This document shows positions 1 to 10,300 of a DNA stretch of 58,325 nucleotides, in pieces. Source of the DNA: a virus (Duplodnaviria > Caudoviricetes); the IMG/VR virus record IMGVR_UViG_3300021289_000002, positions 1 to 58,325 of that record; one strand, 5' to 3'. The notes beneath the pieces are model-generated. The model saw only the letters and a program-made list of their open reading frames with translations, ran no database searches and was not told the DNA's origin. How positions within the stretch are numbered: the first letter of the stretch is position 1; each line of letters starts with the position of its first letter. The position numbers and the translations under genes are program-made.

Positions 1-226
1 AGTGATTCGGCATGTGGCGGAAAGTGCTATGGGCCTGGCACGGTGGCGACGCCCAAACAAAATCAAACCCTGACAGGTCCGCATCGAGCGCGTTTCCAAG
101 ATGGAATTTGAACGGGTAGCGCGGCTGCGCCTCAATGTCCCAGCCTTCGATTTCAAAACCGGCGCGGTGCAGTCCCATGGCAGAGCCACCGGCACAACAG
201 AAGAGATCGGCGCAGCGAAATTTCAC
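1..226 (-). CDS. DNA cytosine-C5 methyltransferase, N-terminal part (runs off left end)
   Basis: Manual translation from GTG at 226 (overlaps TGA of upstream gene): MKFRCADLFCCAGGSAMGLHRAGFEIEGWDIEAQPRYPF...FDFVWASPPCQAHS, containing motif I (DLFxxAGG) and catalytic motif IV (SPPCQ); absent from the ORF track. Confidence 0.88.
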   Translation of the reverse strand, partial: MKFRCADLFCCAGGSAMGLHRAGFEIEGWDIEAQPRYPFKFHLGNALDADLSGFDFVWASPPCQAHSTFRHMPNH

Positions 227-579
227 GGCAAAACGGAAACAACCCTGCCGTCTGCTTTGCGGCGAACGATGCTCACTCGAGGAAGCTGGTTGCGATAAAA
301 GCGCATCCAACACGCCTGGACGGTGATCCCAAGCGCTTTGGCTTGAGACTCGATCCATTTTCGGATAGGAATCTCGCGCGGGTCCTTGGGCGAAAGCAGA
401 CACTGGCTAACTGCGGAAGGATCGACGGCAATCGCTCGACCGGCAGGGCCGCGGCGGATGCCCACGCGCGGCAATTTCACAACGCCAGTGCTCACCGCCT
501 CGTAAAATTGGGTCCGCGTCATTCCGAATCGAGCGCCCTCGCGCAAGGCCCATTCTTTGTAGGGGATTTCGGCGCTCAT
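223..579 (-). CDS. Putative DNA-binding protein with two tandem HTH/wing-like repeats
   Basis: ATG at 579 overlaps upstream stop (ATGA); two similar halves EIP.k.W....a...G.T....y......LPRV.I.R...GR...V.P. Confidence 0.6.
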   Translation of the reverse strand: MSAEIPYKEWALREGARFGMTRTQFYEAVSTGVVKLPRVGIRRGPAGRAIAVDPSAVSQCLLSPKDPREIPIRKWIESQAKALGITVQACWMRFYRNQLPRVSIVRRKADGRVVSVLP

Positions 580-785
580 TCCGGTAAGCTGGCGATCATG
601 TGGAGGAACAGATCCGCGGCTTCCTGTGGCGTCTTGCCGGCCTGCCACCAATCGGACCATTGATCGAAGTTGGGGTAATGATACTCAATGGATTTGACCA
701 AAATTCGGTGAACATCGGCCAGCCAATCGGTAAAGTCGCGTGCAACAGAGGTCATTGGGTCCCGATTAATGCACAATGCCGGCAA
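576..785 (-). CDS. Hypothetical phage protein
   Basis: Coupled to next gene; FTDWL...WSDWWQAGKTPQEAA resembles small phage proteins; start uncertain. Confidence 0.55.
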   Translation of the reverse strand: MPALCINRDPMTSVARDFTDWLADVHRILVKSIEYHYPNFDQWSDWWQAGKTPQEAADLFLHMIASLPE

Positions 786-792
786 TTCTGTC

Positions 793-852
793 CAGAAAAT
801 TCATTCAGAAAATTGTTGCAACTTGTCCGACAACTGTGCTAATGGTTGTCGG
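793..852. promoter_or_regulatory. Divergent control region with operator-like repeats
   Basis: Direct repeat CAGAAAATT (793-801, 806-814), palindrome TTGTC-C-GACAA (823-833) and inverted repeat CCGACAAC/GTTGTCGG (827-834/845-852), directly upstream of an RHH gene. Confidence 0.55.
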
Positions 853-853
853 C

Positions 854-1027
854 ATGGCAAAAAACACTCGACGGAGGATTTCAGTCCAAATTAGCGACAA
901 GCTTGAAAAACGGCTTGAATCAGTGTGCAAACGGCACGCCAAAACCATTGGATCTATCGTGCGTTACTGCCTCGTGAGTCAACTTCCCGCTATTGAAAAA
1001 GCGCAAAACCTGTCCGAATTGATATGA
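854..1027 (+). CDS. Ribbon-helix-helix (CopG/Arc-like) transcriptional regulator
   Basis: MAKNTRRRISVQISDKLEKRLESVCKRHAKTIGSIVRYCL fits the strand-helix-helix RHH pattern; first gene of the rightward operon. Confidence 0.7.
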   Translation: MAKNTRRRISVQISDKLEKRLESVCKRHAKTIGSIVRYCLVSQLPAIEKAQNLSELI

Positions 1028-2415
1028 CCATCCTGGAACTACGATCAGAAAACGTTAAGAAGATTTCCGTTGTCGAAATCAAGCCCACGCCCACCGGGCT
1101 TGTCATCGTCAGCGGCAAAAACGGCGCGGGCAAATCATCGGTGATCGATACCATCGAAATGACGCTCGGCGGCGCCGATCACATTCCATCGAAGCCGGTG
1201 CGGAAAGGCCAGGACAAGGCCACCGGCGAACTAAACCTGGGGGACTTCACGGTAAAGCGGGTCATCACGGCAGCGGGCGGCAGCTCGCTAATCGTCCGTA
1301 ACAAGGACGGGATCAAAATGGAGTCGCCGCAGACTCTGCTCGATGGATTTTACCGGTCGCTAACGTTTGACCCGTTGGAATTCGCGCGGCAAAAGCCGGC
1401 TGATCGCAGCAAAACTCTGCGGGAATTGCTCGGGCTCGATTTCACGAAGCTGGAGGCCGAATACAGAGTCTTGTACGACCAGAGAACCGAGATCAACCGG
1501 GTGGCAAAGGCCAAAGAGGCAATGCTTGGGGCGAACCCGCGTTACAAGGACGTGCCCGCGGAAGAGCAATCGACCGCCGAAATTCTCGAGAAGCAGCGCC
1601 AGGCAATGGAGCGGGGCCACGCAGCGATAAGGCTAACTAGCGAAGCCAAGGCATTAAAAGACGCTGTATCCGTGGGAGAAACTCGAATTGAGCGCCTGTC
1701 TAAAACCCTCGTTGAGATTGAAGCGGAGATCGCACGATTGACAAAAAAACGTGTCGAGGTGCTTGAAGAGAGAACCGATGTAAGATCGGAGGTTGACGCC
1801 CAACGCCAACAACTTCATGACGCGGAAGCCAAAGCCAAAAGTGCCGTTGTGCCCGCTACTGAAAATTTTGTGGCCGAGCTAAACCGGATCGAGGCAATTA
1901 ACGCCAAGGTGCGCAAAAACCGTGTCGTTGACGAAATTGCGGCCGAGTTCAAGGCCCGGACTAAAGAGAGCGAGGCCCTGACCAAGAAAATGGAGGCAAT
2001 CGAGCGCCAGAAGCGCGATGCCATTGCCAATGCCAAGTTTCCAGTGCCTGGGCTCGGGCTCAGTGATTCGAACGAGGTCACGTTTGACGGTATCCCGTTC
2101 GACAATGCCTCAACTGCCGAACAGTTGAAAATCTCGGTGGCGATGGGACTGGCCATGAATCCCAAGCTGCGTGTGCTGCTCATTCGGCAGGGAAACGACC
2201 TGGATGCCGACAACCTCAAGCTGATCGCGGATATGGCCACCGCGGCCAATGCGCAGATTTGGCTCGAGAAAGTTGACGTGGTTAATGGCGTGTCGGTGAT
2301 CATCGAGGATGGGCACGTAAAACCGTGGCGCCATGCGGATCTCAAAGAAGAGGCCGGCGGAGAAGCTGTCACCAATAGTCCGGCTGAGACGCCCATCGAA
2401 GGGAGGCTTATTTGA
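1024..2415 (+). CDS. Rad50/SbcC/SMC-like ATPase with coiled coil
   Basis: Walker A GKNGAGKS near N-terminus, long coiled coil, C-terminal signature-like ASTAEQ and degenerate Walker B (VLLIRQG..LD). Confidence 0.85.
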   Translation: MTILELRSENVKKISVVEIKPTPTGLVIVSGKNGAGKSSVIDTIEMTLGGADHIPSKPVRKGQDKATGELNLGDFTVKRVITAAGGSSLIVRNKDGIKMESPQTLLDGFYRSLTFDPLEFARQKPADRSKTLRELLGLDFTKLEAEYRVLYDQRTEINRVAKAKEAMLGANPRYKDVPAEEQSTAEILEKQRQAMERGHAAIRLTSEAKALKDAVSVGETRIERLSKTLVEIEAEIARLTKKRVEVLEERTDVRSEVDAQRQQLHDAEAKAKSAVVPATENFVAELNRIEAINAKVRKNRVVDEIAAEFKARTKESEALTKKMEAIERQKRDAIANAKFPVPGLGLSDSNEVTFDGIPFDNASTAEQLKISVAMGLAMNPKLRVLLIRQGNDLDADNLKLIADMATAANAQIWLEKVDVVNGVSVIIEDGHVKPWRHADLKEEAGGEAVTNSPAETPIEGRLI

Positions 2416-3251
2416 ACGAATCCAAAGAAATGGAGTTGGTTGCTCCGTCCGAATCCGCTTTGGCGATGGTTCAGAACCCACTCGCCGGCCTAGCGCAAAT
2501 GATGCACGCGGCCATGGAAAAGGGCTTAACCACTGAGAACGTGGCGGTCATGAAGGAAATGCTCGCGATGTTCGAGCGCATGGACGCTAAGGCCGCAGAA
2601 AAGGAGTTCAACGCTTCCCTGGCGCGGGTCCAGGCTTACTGCCGGGGAAAGATTCAGGCGACCAAACCGGTCCCGAATAATGACGGCACGGTGCGGTACC
2701 GGTACGCGCCGCTCGATGAAATCATGCAAACGCTGCAACCGGTCTTGAATGCCGAGGGCATGGCGGTTTCGTTCGATGTGACCTACGATAACAATCGAGT
2801 GTTTGCGATTTGCGAGCTTTCTCACAAATACGGCCATAAGGCCAGCAAACGCTACGGAGTGCTGCTGAGCGCTCCGCCCAAAGCCAGTGCAACCCAAGGG
2901 GACGGCAGTTCGATCACCTACGCCAAGCGCGGCGCGATCTGCAACTGGTTCAATATTGTTGCCGGCAAAGACAACGACGGCGCCGGCGACGATGACAACG
3001 ACGCTCGAAACATCGGCGAGTTGATTACCGCAGAGCAAGCCAGGGACTTGGAAAAACGGGTCAAGGCTACCGGCAGCAACCATGACAAATTTTTGAAATT
3101 TGCGGGCGTGGGCGATCTGCCAGATACCGCGACGCCTGAGCAGGTTTCGCATGGCTACGAACAGATCGCCAAGAATCGATACGAGGCACTGGATGCGATG
3201 CTAAAGCGCAAAGAGAAAGAGATGGGCACAGCGACTCAAGCGAAAGCGTAA
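2412..3251 (+). CDS. erf: ERF-family single-strand annealing protein
   Basis: YRYAPLDEI and GSSITYAKR motifs; adjacent to exonuclease. Confidence 0.85.
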   Translation: MNESKEMELVAPSESALAMVQNPLAGLAQMMHAAMEKGLTTENVAVMKEMLAMFERMDAKAAEKEFNASLARVQAYCRGKIQATKPVPNNDGTVRYRYAPLDEIMQTLQPVLNAEGMAVSFDVTYDNNRVFAICELSHKYGHKASKRYGVLLSAPPKASATQGDGSSITYAKRGAICNWFNIVAGKDNDGAGDDDNDARNIGELITAEQARDLEKRVKATGSNHDKFLKFAGVGDLPDTATPEQVSHGYEQIAKNRYEALDAMLKRKEKEMGTATQAKA

Positions 3252-3953
3252 GTGAAAATCGTTGACGTAGCGCAAGGGTCGGTCGAGTGGCTCGAGGCGA
3301 GGGCCGGAATTCCTACTGCCAGCGAATTCGACGCCCTGATAACACCAAAAGGTGAGCCGCGACGGGGCGAGGGTGTGAAGTCCTACCTCGCGCTCAAATT
3401 GGCCGAGCGCTGGTGTGGTCCGCTCCTTGGCGGCGGCAATAGCTTCGCCACCGAACAGGGCAAGATCCTCGAGGGCGAATGCTTCCCCTGGTTGGAATTC
3501 GAATTCGGATGGAAGCTCTCGCGCGTGGGATTCATTACTACGGATGATGGCCAGGTAGGTTGCTCTCCAGACGGGTTAATCGATCCCGATGGCGGTTGCG
3601 AAATCAAAGCTCCGGAGGCAAAAACGCACATCAAATATCTCCTCGATGGTAAGGTACCGGCCGAGTACATCGCGCAGATCCAGGGCTCGCTATTTGTCAC
3701 TCAACGATCGTTTTGGCGGTTCATCAGTTACCGCCGGCACTTCCCGCCAGTGATGATCAACGTTTATCCGGATGCCGCCTTTCAAAAGTCGTTGGCCGAA
3801 ACGCTATCGATTTTCCTGGATACACTCGACCGATCGTACGCTTACCTGGTTGAGAAGAATGGCGGTCCTCCCCCCAGGCGCGTGAAGATGGCTTTCGCGG
3901 ATGACATTGCCGCCGGCAGAGCAGAAGAACACTACGAAGGGATCATTCCATGA
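3252..3953 (+). CDS. YqaJ/lambda-exonuclease family recombination nuclease
   Basis: QGSVEWLEARAG..TAS, CSPDG, EIKAP and Y.AQIQG motifs. Confidence 0.9.
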   Translation: MKIVDVAQGSVEWLEARAGIPTASEFDALITPKGEPRRGEGVKSYLALKLAERWCGPLLGGGNSFATEQGKILEGECFPWLEFEFGWKLSRVGFITTDDGQVGCSPDGLIDPDGGCEIKAPEAKTHIKYLLDGKVPAEYIAQIQGSLFVTQRSFWRFISYRRHFPPVMINVYPDAAFQKSLAETLSIFLDTLDRSYAYLVEKNGGPPPRRVKMAFADDIAAGRAEEHYEGIIP

Positions 3954-4210
3954 GCATGCCAAACTTGAAATTGAAACCGGAGACCGAAAAGGCAATGACA
4001 CGCCCCTTCATCCTCAACACTGACGTGCTGACAGCGTTTACTATGCTGGGAGCACTGCAGTTGGCCTTACGCCATCCAAAATTCAAAGGAACCAGTAGCG
4101 GCCAACACATGACCAAAGTCGCAAGGGACATTCAGCGCGTTTTGGAGCGAGCGATACCCGAATGCAAGTTTCTTATGGAGGCCGGCTGGAACGAAAGGTT
4201 TGACCGGTGA
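3950..4210 (+). CDS. Hypothetical protein
   Basis: Start/stop overlaps with neighbours; LGALQLALRHP phage-type motif. Confidence 0.65.
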   Translation: MSMPNLKLKPETEKAMTRPFILNTDVLTAFTMLGALQLALRHPKFKGTSSGQHMTKVARDIQRVLERAIPECKFLMEAGWNERFDR

Positions 4211-4485
4211 CCACCTCGCTCAGATACCGGGGCAACAATTGGGCGCTAGACGATATGAAGTTGAAGGATTTTTCCTTTGCCATACTGCGCAAGGACCTGA
4301 GAGGCAGCATGCTCGGGCTTCTTTGGCGCCAAGGGACCGAAGTAAAGGCCCGTCGGTCCATTGTCGGGCGGTCATGGATAATCGAGCGCGTGAAGTTTAA
4401 GCGTCCGTTCCTGCCTCTGAGAGATCAGCTTTGCAACGTGCCGAAAACTGCGCTTGAATTTCTGCCGGTCAAACCCAAGCCATGA
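4207..4485 (+). CDS. Hypothetical protein
   Basis: Fills operon with start/stop overlaps; start may be the ATG at 4255. Confidence 0.5.
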   Translation: MTTSLRYRGNNWALDDMKLKDFSFAILRKDLRGSMLGLLWRQGTEVKARRSIVGRSWIIERVKFKRPFLPLRDQLCNVPKTALEFLPVKPKP

Positions 4486-4748
4486 ATATTGTTCACATCT
4501 ACACCGATCCGAAGTCAATTCCCGTTGATGAAAAGTTGCGCCGCCAACGACAAGAGGCCGTCCGCGTCAATGCGGAATGCACTTTCGTTCGAATTCCCAA
4601 AGGCACTACCAGCGGCAATAGTAGCGTAGCTATCATTTGCGATTTGCCAGGCAACAAGCATCTCTTTTTAGAAATCACGATGGCCAATTTTGAAGCCGTT
4701 GCCGCTATCTTTAGGGGCGCCGAGCAAAGACAAAGGGAGGGCAATTGA
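4482..4748 (+). CDS. Hypothetical protein
   Basis: ATGA-coupled ORF in operon. Confidence 0.65.
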   Translation: MNIVHIYTDPKSIPVDEKLRRQRQEAVRVNAECTFVRIPKGTTSGNSSVAIICDLPGNKHLFLEITMANFEAVAAIFRGAEQRQREGN

Positions 4749-5083
4749 CCACGTTCCTGGATGGACCAGCCGAGGGCAAAACGCTCATGCTAAGGAGTGC
4801 GGTCGTTTTTCTGCGGGTCACTGAGGTAAAGGGCGACTTTGATGCGCTGGATCAGCCAGACGATACCCCGGACCCAAACGAGACGCTTTACGCCTACCAG
4901 ATCGCCGCGCATCACGGCAATTGCCACATCAGATCCGGGACTAAAGGCGCCAGCGGCTTCTACGCAATAGCCTCCTATCGACTCTGTCCGGAGCAGCCCA
5001 CCGATGAAATCATGCGCGACAACGTTGCGTGGCGGCAGTGGGTATTCAGACAGCCAATTCCGAAGTATGAGCGCCCTCAATGA
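4745..5083 (+). CDS. Hypothetical protein
   Basis: TTG start after GGGAGG SD; FLDGPAEG start motif common in small phage proteins. Confidence 0.65.
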   Translation: MTTFLDGPAEGKTLMLRSAVVFLRVTEVKGDFDALDQPDDTPDPNETLYAYQIAAHHGNCHIRSGTKGASGFYAIASYRLCPEQPTDEIMRDNVAWRQWVFRQPIPKYERPQ

Positions 5084-5337
5084 GCTTGTTAAATGTTACA
5101 TGGGTTGACAGCGGTCGTGAGGCTCAGTGTCCATCCGATCCAAGGTTTCCTCATGGCATGGACGTTGACGTCTCAGGCAGAGCGATAGAAACGTGCCAAA
5201 CCGATTTGCCATATCCGGCAGATCGGTGCGGGTACTTTGTGGTGAAGTGCGCTAAATGCTACCAAACGGTACTCATGACTACGGCAGGCAGGGCGGATGA
5301 TCCAAGGTCAATTAAACTCGCATGCAAATATAAATGA
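5080..5337 (+). CDS. Hypothetical Cys-rich (possible Zn-binding) protein
   Basis: CxxC plus further Cys; coupled ORF. Confidence 0.6.
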   Translation: MSLLNVTWVDSGREAQCPSDPRFPHGMDVDVSGRAIETCQTDLPYPADRCGYFVVKCAKCYQTVLMTTAGRADDPRSIKLACKYK

Positions 5338-6317
5338 AAACCATAGCTATCTACCATTCGGCTGATTTTGACGGTCTCTTTTGCCGTGAGATCGCTCGCA
5401 AGTTTCTACCTGATGCGGAATTGATCGGGTGGGATTTTGGAAATAAACCACTCGATGACGCGCTACTCGCTGAGCGATTGTACGTTCTCGATTTGCCGCT
5501 GGATCGGCCTTTTGGGCTTGAGTTCAAAAATGGATGGATTTGGAAAAACGGAGAGGAGTGCCATCCAGTGGACAGGTGGGACTCTGGAAACATTACGTGG
5601 ATTGACCATCACGCTACCAGTATCGCATCACACCCCGCCGATATTCCCGGCTACCGCATTGACGGTGTGGCTGCGTGTAGGTTGGCATGGCAGTGGTTCA
5701 CGTCGAGGCTCTATTTGGAATCTGGCGCGCCGCGTGGCGACAATCCAATCCAAGATTTGCCGATTAAAAGTGATTACGTCGAGCGTCGAGTCACCGAGCC
5801 TCTCGCCGTCCGTCTCGCTGGCGAATACGACATTTGGGACCGGCGCGATCCAAACGCGGAGTTGTTCCAACACGGCCTGAGATCAAAGGACCTAACGGAG
5901 GAAGATTGGAAATGGCTGCTTACGGTAAAGGACCCAAACACGCAAGGACAGTATGCGCTTGGGATGACCAACGTTACAGTTATTCAACTTCTACAAAATG
6001 GCCGGTTGCTTCAATATGCAAAGACCCGCGAGAACGAATCAATCATCAAGCACAACGGTTTCACCATTCAGTTTGAGGGATTGACTTTCCTCGCTTGCAA
6101 CGCCGCACGATACAACTCGCACCTGTTCACTGCTGGGCTAAAGCCAGAGCACGATGCCTGCTTCGGGTTCAACTGGGATGGTGAGCAGTGGAAAGTTTCG
6201 CTCTATCACGCCCCAGGCAAAGAGCATCACGACTTGAGTAAGATTGCGCTCAAGCATGGCGGCGGAGGCCATAAAGGAGCTTGCGGATTCAGCGCCAACA
6301 AACTGCCGTTTATCTAG
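5334..6317 (+). CDS. DHH-family phosphoesterase (DHH/DHHA1)
   Basis: YHSADFDG, WIDHH, YDIW and C-terminal GGGGHKGACGF motifs. Confidence 0.9.
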   Translation: MKTIAIYHSADFDGLFCREIARKFLPDAELIGWDFGNKPLDDALLAERLYVLDLPLDRPFGLEFKNGWIWKNGEECHPVDRWDSGNITWIDHHATSIASHPADIPGYRIDGVAACRLAWQWFTSRLYLESGAPRGDNPIQDLPIKSDYVERRVTEPLAVRLAGEYDIWDRRDPNAELFQHGLRSKDLTEEDWKWLLTVKDPNTQGQYALGMTNVTVIQLLQNGRLLQYAKTRENESIIKHNGFTIQFEGLTFLACNAARYNSHLFTAGLKPEHDACFGFNWDGEQWKVSLYHAPGKEHHDLSKIALKHGGGGHKGACGFSANKLPFI

Positions 6318-6332
6318 AAACGATCGAAAACT

Positions 6333-6392
6333 ATGGACTACCTCATAATCGATGCGCTTTTCATCATTTGGCTGTGGCTGATGATGGACTAA
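6333..6392 (+). CDS. Putative 19-aa hydrophobic micro-protein
   Basis: MDYLIIDALFIIWLWLMMD*, occupies most of the gap between two operon genes. Confidence 0.35.
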   Translation: MDYLIIDALFIIWLWLMMD

Positions 6393-6398
6393 CCAACA

Positions 6399-6740
6399 AT
6401 GATGACCGAACAAGAACAAAACTTTGCATTGCTGGAAGCGTGCGGCAAAAAGGTTTGCACCCACGGGCCGACCGACTGGCAGCATCGAGGGCCGGAAGGA
6501 GACAGGGAATTATTCTGCATCAAGTGCGCGAACTATCTTTCGCATATGCGAGTGCCCGACATCGACTTGGATTTCATGCACGAGGCTGAGAAGCAGTTTT
6601 GGCCAGTTGGGTCCCGTTCATGGAACAGATACATTGATCGATTAGTAGAGGCGACCAACGGAAGCGAGGAAAATCCTACATGCGCCACTGTCGCCCAGCG
6701 CCGCGAAGCTTTCCTACTCGCAAAGTGGCTGTGGCGTTAA
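6399..6740 (+). CDS. Hypothetical protein
   Basis: DLDFMHEAEK and ATVAQRREAFL resemble a common small phage family; CxxC. Confidence 0.65.
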   Translation: MMTEQEQNFALLEACGKKVCTHGPTDWQHRGPEGDRELFCIKCANYLSHMRVPDIDLDFMHEAEKQFWPVGSRSWNRYIDRLVEATNGSEENPTCATVAQRREAFLLAKWLWR

Positions 6741-6746
6741 GTTCCC

Positions 6747-6944
6747 ATGACACTCGATCAACTAGATGACGCGCTGAATCGGTTCGAGATAGAGAAGAAT
6801 TACGAGCCGGCAGACTTTCTAAGGCTCCTGAACATGATCCAAATTTTGGTACACGAGATCCAGCAAGCCAAAGCGCGCATCGCTAAACTTGAAAATAAAT
6901 TTCCTCCCTCGGGCGGCGCTGCGAACGGTGGATTCGCAGAGTAG
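6747..6944 (+). CDS. Hypothetical coiled-coil protein
   Basis: ORF in operon orientation. Confidence 0.55.
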   Translation: MTLDQLDDALNRFEIEKNYEPADFLRLLNMIQILVHEIQQAKARIAKLENKFPPSGGAANGGFAE

Positions 6945-7010
6945 CATCTAAACTATACGTATTCGCCTTCTATGCCCTGTCGGCATAGACCGGGGGAGGG
7001 ATCAAATTTT

Positions 7011-7388
7011 ATGAAAAAAACAGAATACTTAGGGGTGCCCGTGCAAAAGGCTCGAGAAATCGCGCGTGAGTTCGACAAACAAATTGTGATTATAGCCGCT
7101 TGGAACCATGCACACAAACGCCTCCATACGACGACCTACGGGGTTAATCCTACTGACAAAATAAGCGCTGCAAACGGCGGTGAGATGGTCGCTAAGGCCC
7201 TCGGCATGGATCTTGGCAAGGGTGAGATCAATGAGGACTTCCGCACGGTAAGCGCTGCAAAAAATGCGCAGTTACGCGAGATGGCAGATCGCATTATCGG
7301 TGTGCTGCGAAGTTACCAGGCGGTAGCGGAATTTCCAAACCCGGCCAAGGACTTGGCGGATGAAATAGAAGCTGTAATTAAAGCATGA
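7011..7388 (+). CDS. Hypothetical protein
   Basis: ATG 7011 after GGAGGG SD; stop abuts convergent giant gene. Confidence 0.65.
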   Translation: MKKTEYLGVPVQKAREIAREFDKQIVIIAAWNHAHKRLHTTTYGVNPTDKISAANGGEMVAKALGMDLGKGEINEDFRTVSAAKNAQLREMADRIIGVLRSYQAVAEFPNPAKDLADEIEAVIKA

Positions 7389-10300
7389 TCAAAAGCCTGC
7401 CCCGGACTCGATCTCTTTGCGCAGGCGAATAGCGTAGGCCCGCAACTCAGCCGCTCTCCTGGACCGCGCGCCAATGTCCTTGGTGTCGTAGATTGCTTTG
7501 CGCATGTCCTGCAACTCGCGGATCTCTTTCGTGGACGTTTTGCCGTGGTGGCGAGCCCAATCGATGACCCATTGCACATCACGCGCGCTACTGCCTGGAG
7601 GCTCGACGACGTAACCGGTTCCTTTGAGCGCGGCCGTACCCGTCGAAGCATCCTTGCGGGTCAGGTCCGTCAAGCTCTGGCCCAATCCACCGTAGGACTG
7701 CAAAATGTAGTCCATTTGGCGCGGATCGACCGTCATCCCGGTGAGGTTGATTGCGTGGGCGATACCCTGGCCGGCCTTGCTGGCGTGGACCGTGCCTTTG
7801 CGCAGGTCCAGGTTAAGATCCCGTTCCCAAATCGGGACAATGTCACGATCGCGGAAGGTGTCGCGATTGAGGTAGAGCTCGATGCCTGTTTTCAGTGGCC
7901 CCGTGCCCTCGACTGGGTTTTGAATGGGCAAAGCGGCTGAGGCTGCCGAGCCGCCATAGCCTTCGAGAGCCTTCTTATCGCCCATCATGCGATCAATGGC
8001 GCGTTCAACACCTCCGGCCATTACGCCCAACTCGTGAGGCTTTGGCACGCGCAGCCAGTATGGACCCACTTTGAATGACCAGAAGAAATCCCGGAGGTAA
8101 GCCGGCTGTTGCTGGTATTCCTCCCAGGTCTTTTTGTCGCGCCGGTTCCACATCATCACGGCAAGCGTGGGCGCCAGGACAAACATGCCCCATCGCATAG
8201 CGAAGCGGGCTGGGTTCTCGCGCGCGGCAAAGGTAGCTCGAGCCAGACCGCGCAGGCGAGCGTTTGAGAATGGGATCAGCCGGTTAATGACCCGCATTAC
8301 GGTCCCGGCCTTGGCGAAATCAAGCAGGCCGCGGGCTTCGCCGGCAGCGTACAGCGCCGCGTTGTAATCGTCGTAGCCTTTGGCTTTGCCGGCATCGAAT
8401 GCGCGTCGGAACTCAGCCACGCGCCCAAGCTTTTCGCTCTTTTCGGCTAATTGCTCCCAGGCGTGTTTGAGCTTCAACGGCGAAAGCAAGATGTTGGTCG
8501 GGTCCTTGGTCAATTCGCGAACCGTGCGCTTTAGCTCGCGGTTCCACACGTGCTTATCAACGATGTAGTTTCCAAACTGACCGCCGCCGAATACTTCATA
8601 GCGGGAAAGGTCTTCCTGCGTGTAACCCTGCAAAATGTCCCAAGGCTTCGAGGCGTTGCGGCTGTTCACTGAGCGCTCAAAGGTATCGCGCACGGGATTG
8701 CGCAGCATGAATTGCGGCCCGTGAGTGATCATGTAGCGAGCGAACCTGGATGGCATGGCCGCAATGTCGATAAAAGCGTGCGTTCCCATTTCCCCCAGCC
8801 CTTTTAGGGACTCGTAAATGTCGGGCTCGAATTTCCAATGTTCGAGGTGCCCACCGTTGTAAACCTTGATGGTGTTGCGGTCGGCGCTGGTCGCCAGCGT
8901 GCCAAACTGATCGAAGTCGCGCAGGTCCGGACCATAGAGCTTCCGCAGGTTGCGCAAGCCATCGACAAAAGTGTTCATCACAACGTTGCGATGCGCCTCT
9001 TTCTGAATTGAGTCAGTCTGCTCCAAAAGGTTGCTGTAAACGTTGTTGATCTCGAGAGAGCTGCCGATCATCCGCTTCAATTTGTCGCGGGAAGTGCCAA
9101 TTTTGACCCCGCGCTGAGCCCGGTTTCCCGTTTCGAAATCTGACGATAACCGGTGCATGTCCACGTAGTATTCATTGCTCTGCCGAATCCTGGCTGCTGC
9201 GTCCGGAGTGATCCGCCCAGCATCGACCAGCATTTGAATATTTTTGTCTGCCCAGAGCCGATAGCGCCGCGCAGCCTCTTTGAGCCTTGCATAACGCGCC
9301 GGCTGTTGCTCGAGCCGATCAATCAATTCCGCCGCAGCCTGCACGTCGGTCATAATGCCGGCGCCGATGCCTGAAATATTCGACTTGCGACCAAGCTGCT
9401 TCGATTTCTCGAGCGTGCGCTGTGCTACCATGAGCGCCGAGGCGTCGCGCATATCGCTTTCCATGTTGTGCTTGCTGAGATCATCCAACGAGCCTAGCAG
9501 CCATTTCATGGACATTGGCTGTTTGGTCACCGGATCGATTAAACGCTCAACTTCGAGCCGGCCTTTGGCGTTGCGGACCTGCTTCGGCCGCATTGGGACC
9601 AAACCGCGCTCGAATTGGTCACTCATGCGCGAGTCGTGAGTGGAGAGTAGCCGCGCGACCAATTCGAAATTCTGCTCTGGCTTTAATGGTAGCCCTCCAC
9701 GGATCTGCTGAACTTGTCGGAATGCCTTCATGGCATAGTGGTAAGGGTCATCAAACCATTGGCGAAGTTGGTCGATTTTATTCACTTCAAAACCGAATCC
9801 GCGGCCGCGAATCCCGTTCCAAAGGCGCTCGGTGAGCGTGGGCGGTTCCATCCGGATACTGAGCCCGGCGCGTACGATCGGGTCTTCACCGGCCCACGTG
9901 CGCACATCTTTGCTGAAAGCCTCAATGGCGCTCAGCGCTTCGGGCGGCAGAGTCTTTTTGAAGTAGGCCGCAAACTTCGGCGCGTCGGCAACTGCCTGCT
10001 TCGGATTGACGACGTAGGCGCGGATGAATTCGGCAATCCCTTCGGCACGCCGGTACCAAAGCGGGCTTCGGGGAGTGACTGAGCCATGAATCCAAAACTT
10101 GGCCAACTCCGCATCGTAGGGTGAGGCCGTGCGCGGTTTGATCCAGGGCTTGCCAATCCCGTACTTGTCGTCGGTCCAATGGCCGGCCAATTCGTGAGCG
10201 GCAGTGTCCAGGTCGCCTGCGAAGCGCTCGGCAACTCCGGTAGTGCCTGGCCGATACGTTCCCAATACACCCGGCTTCATGCGCATTACGCGGATGGCCT

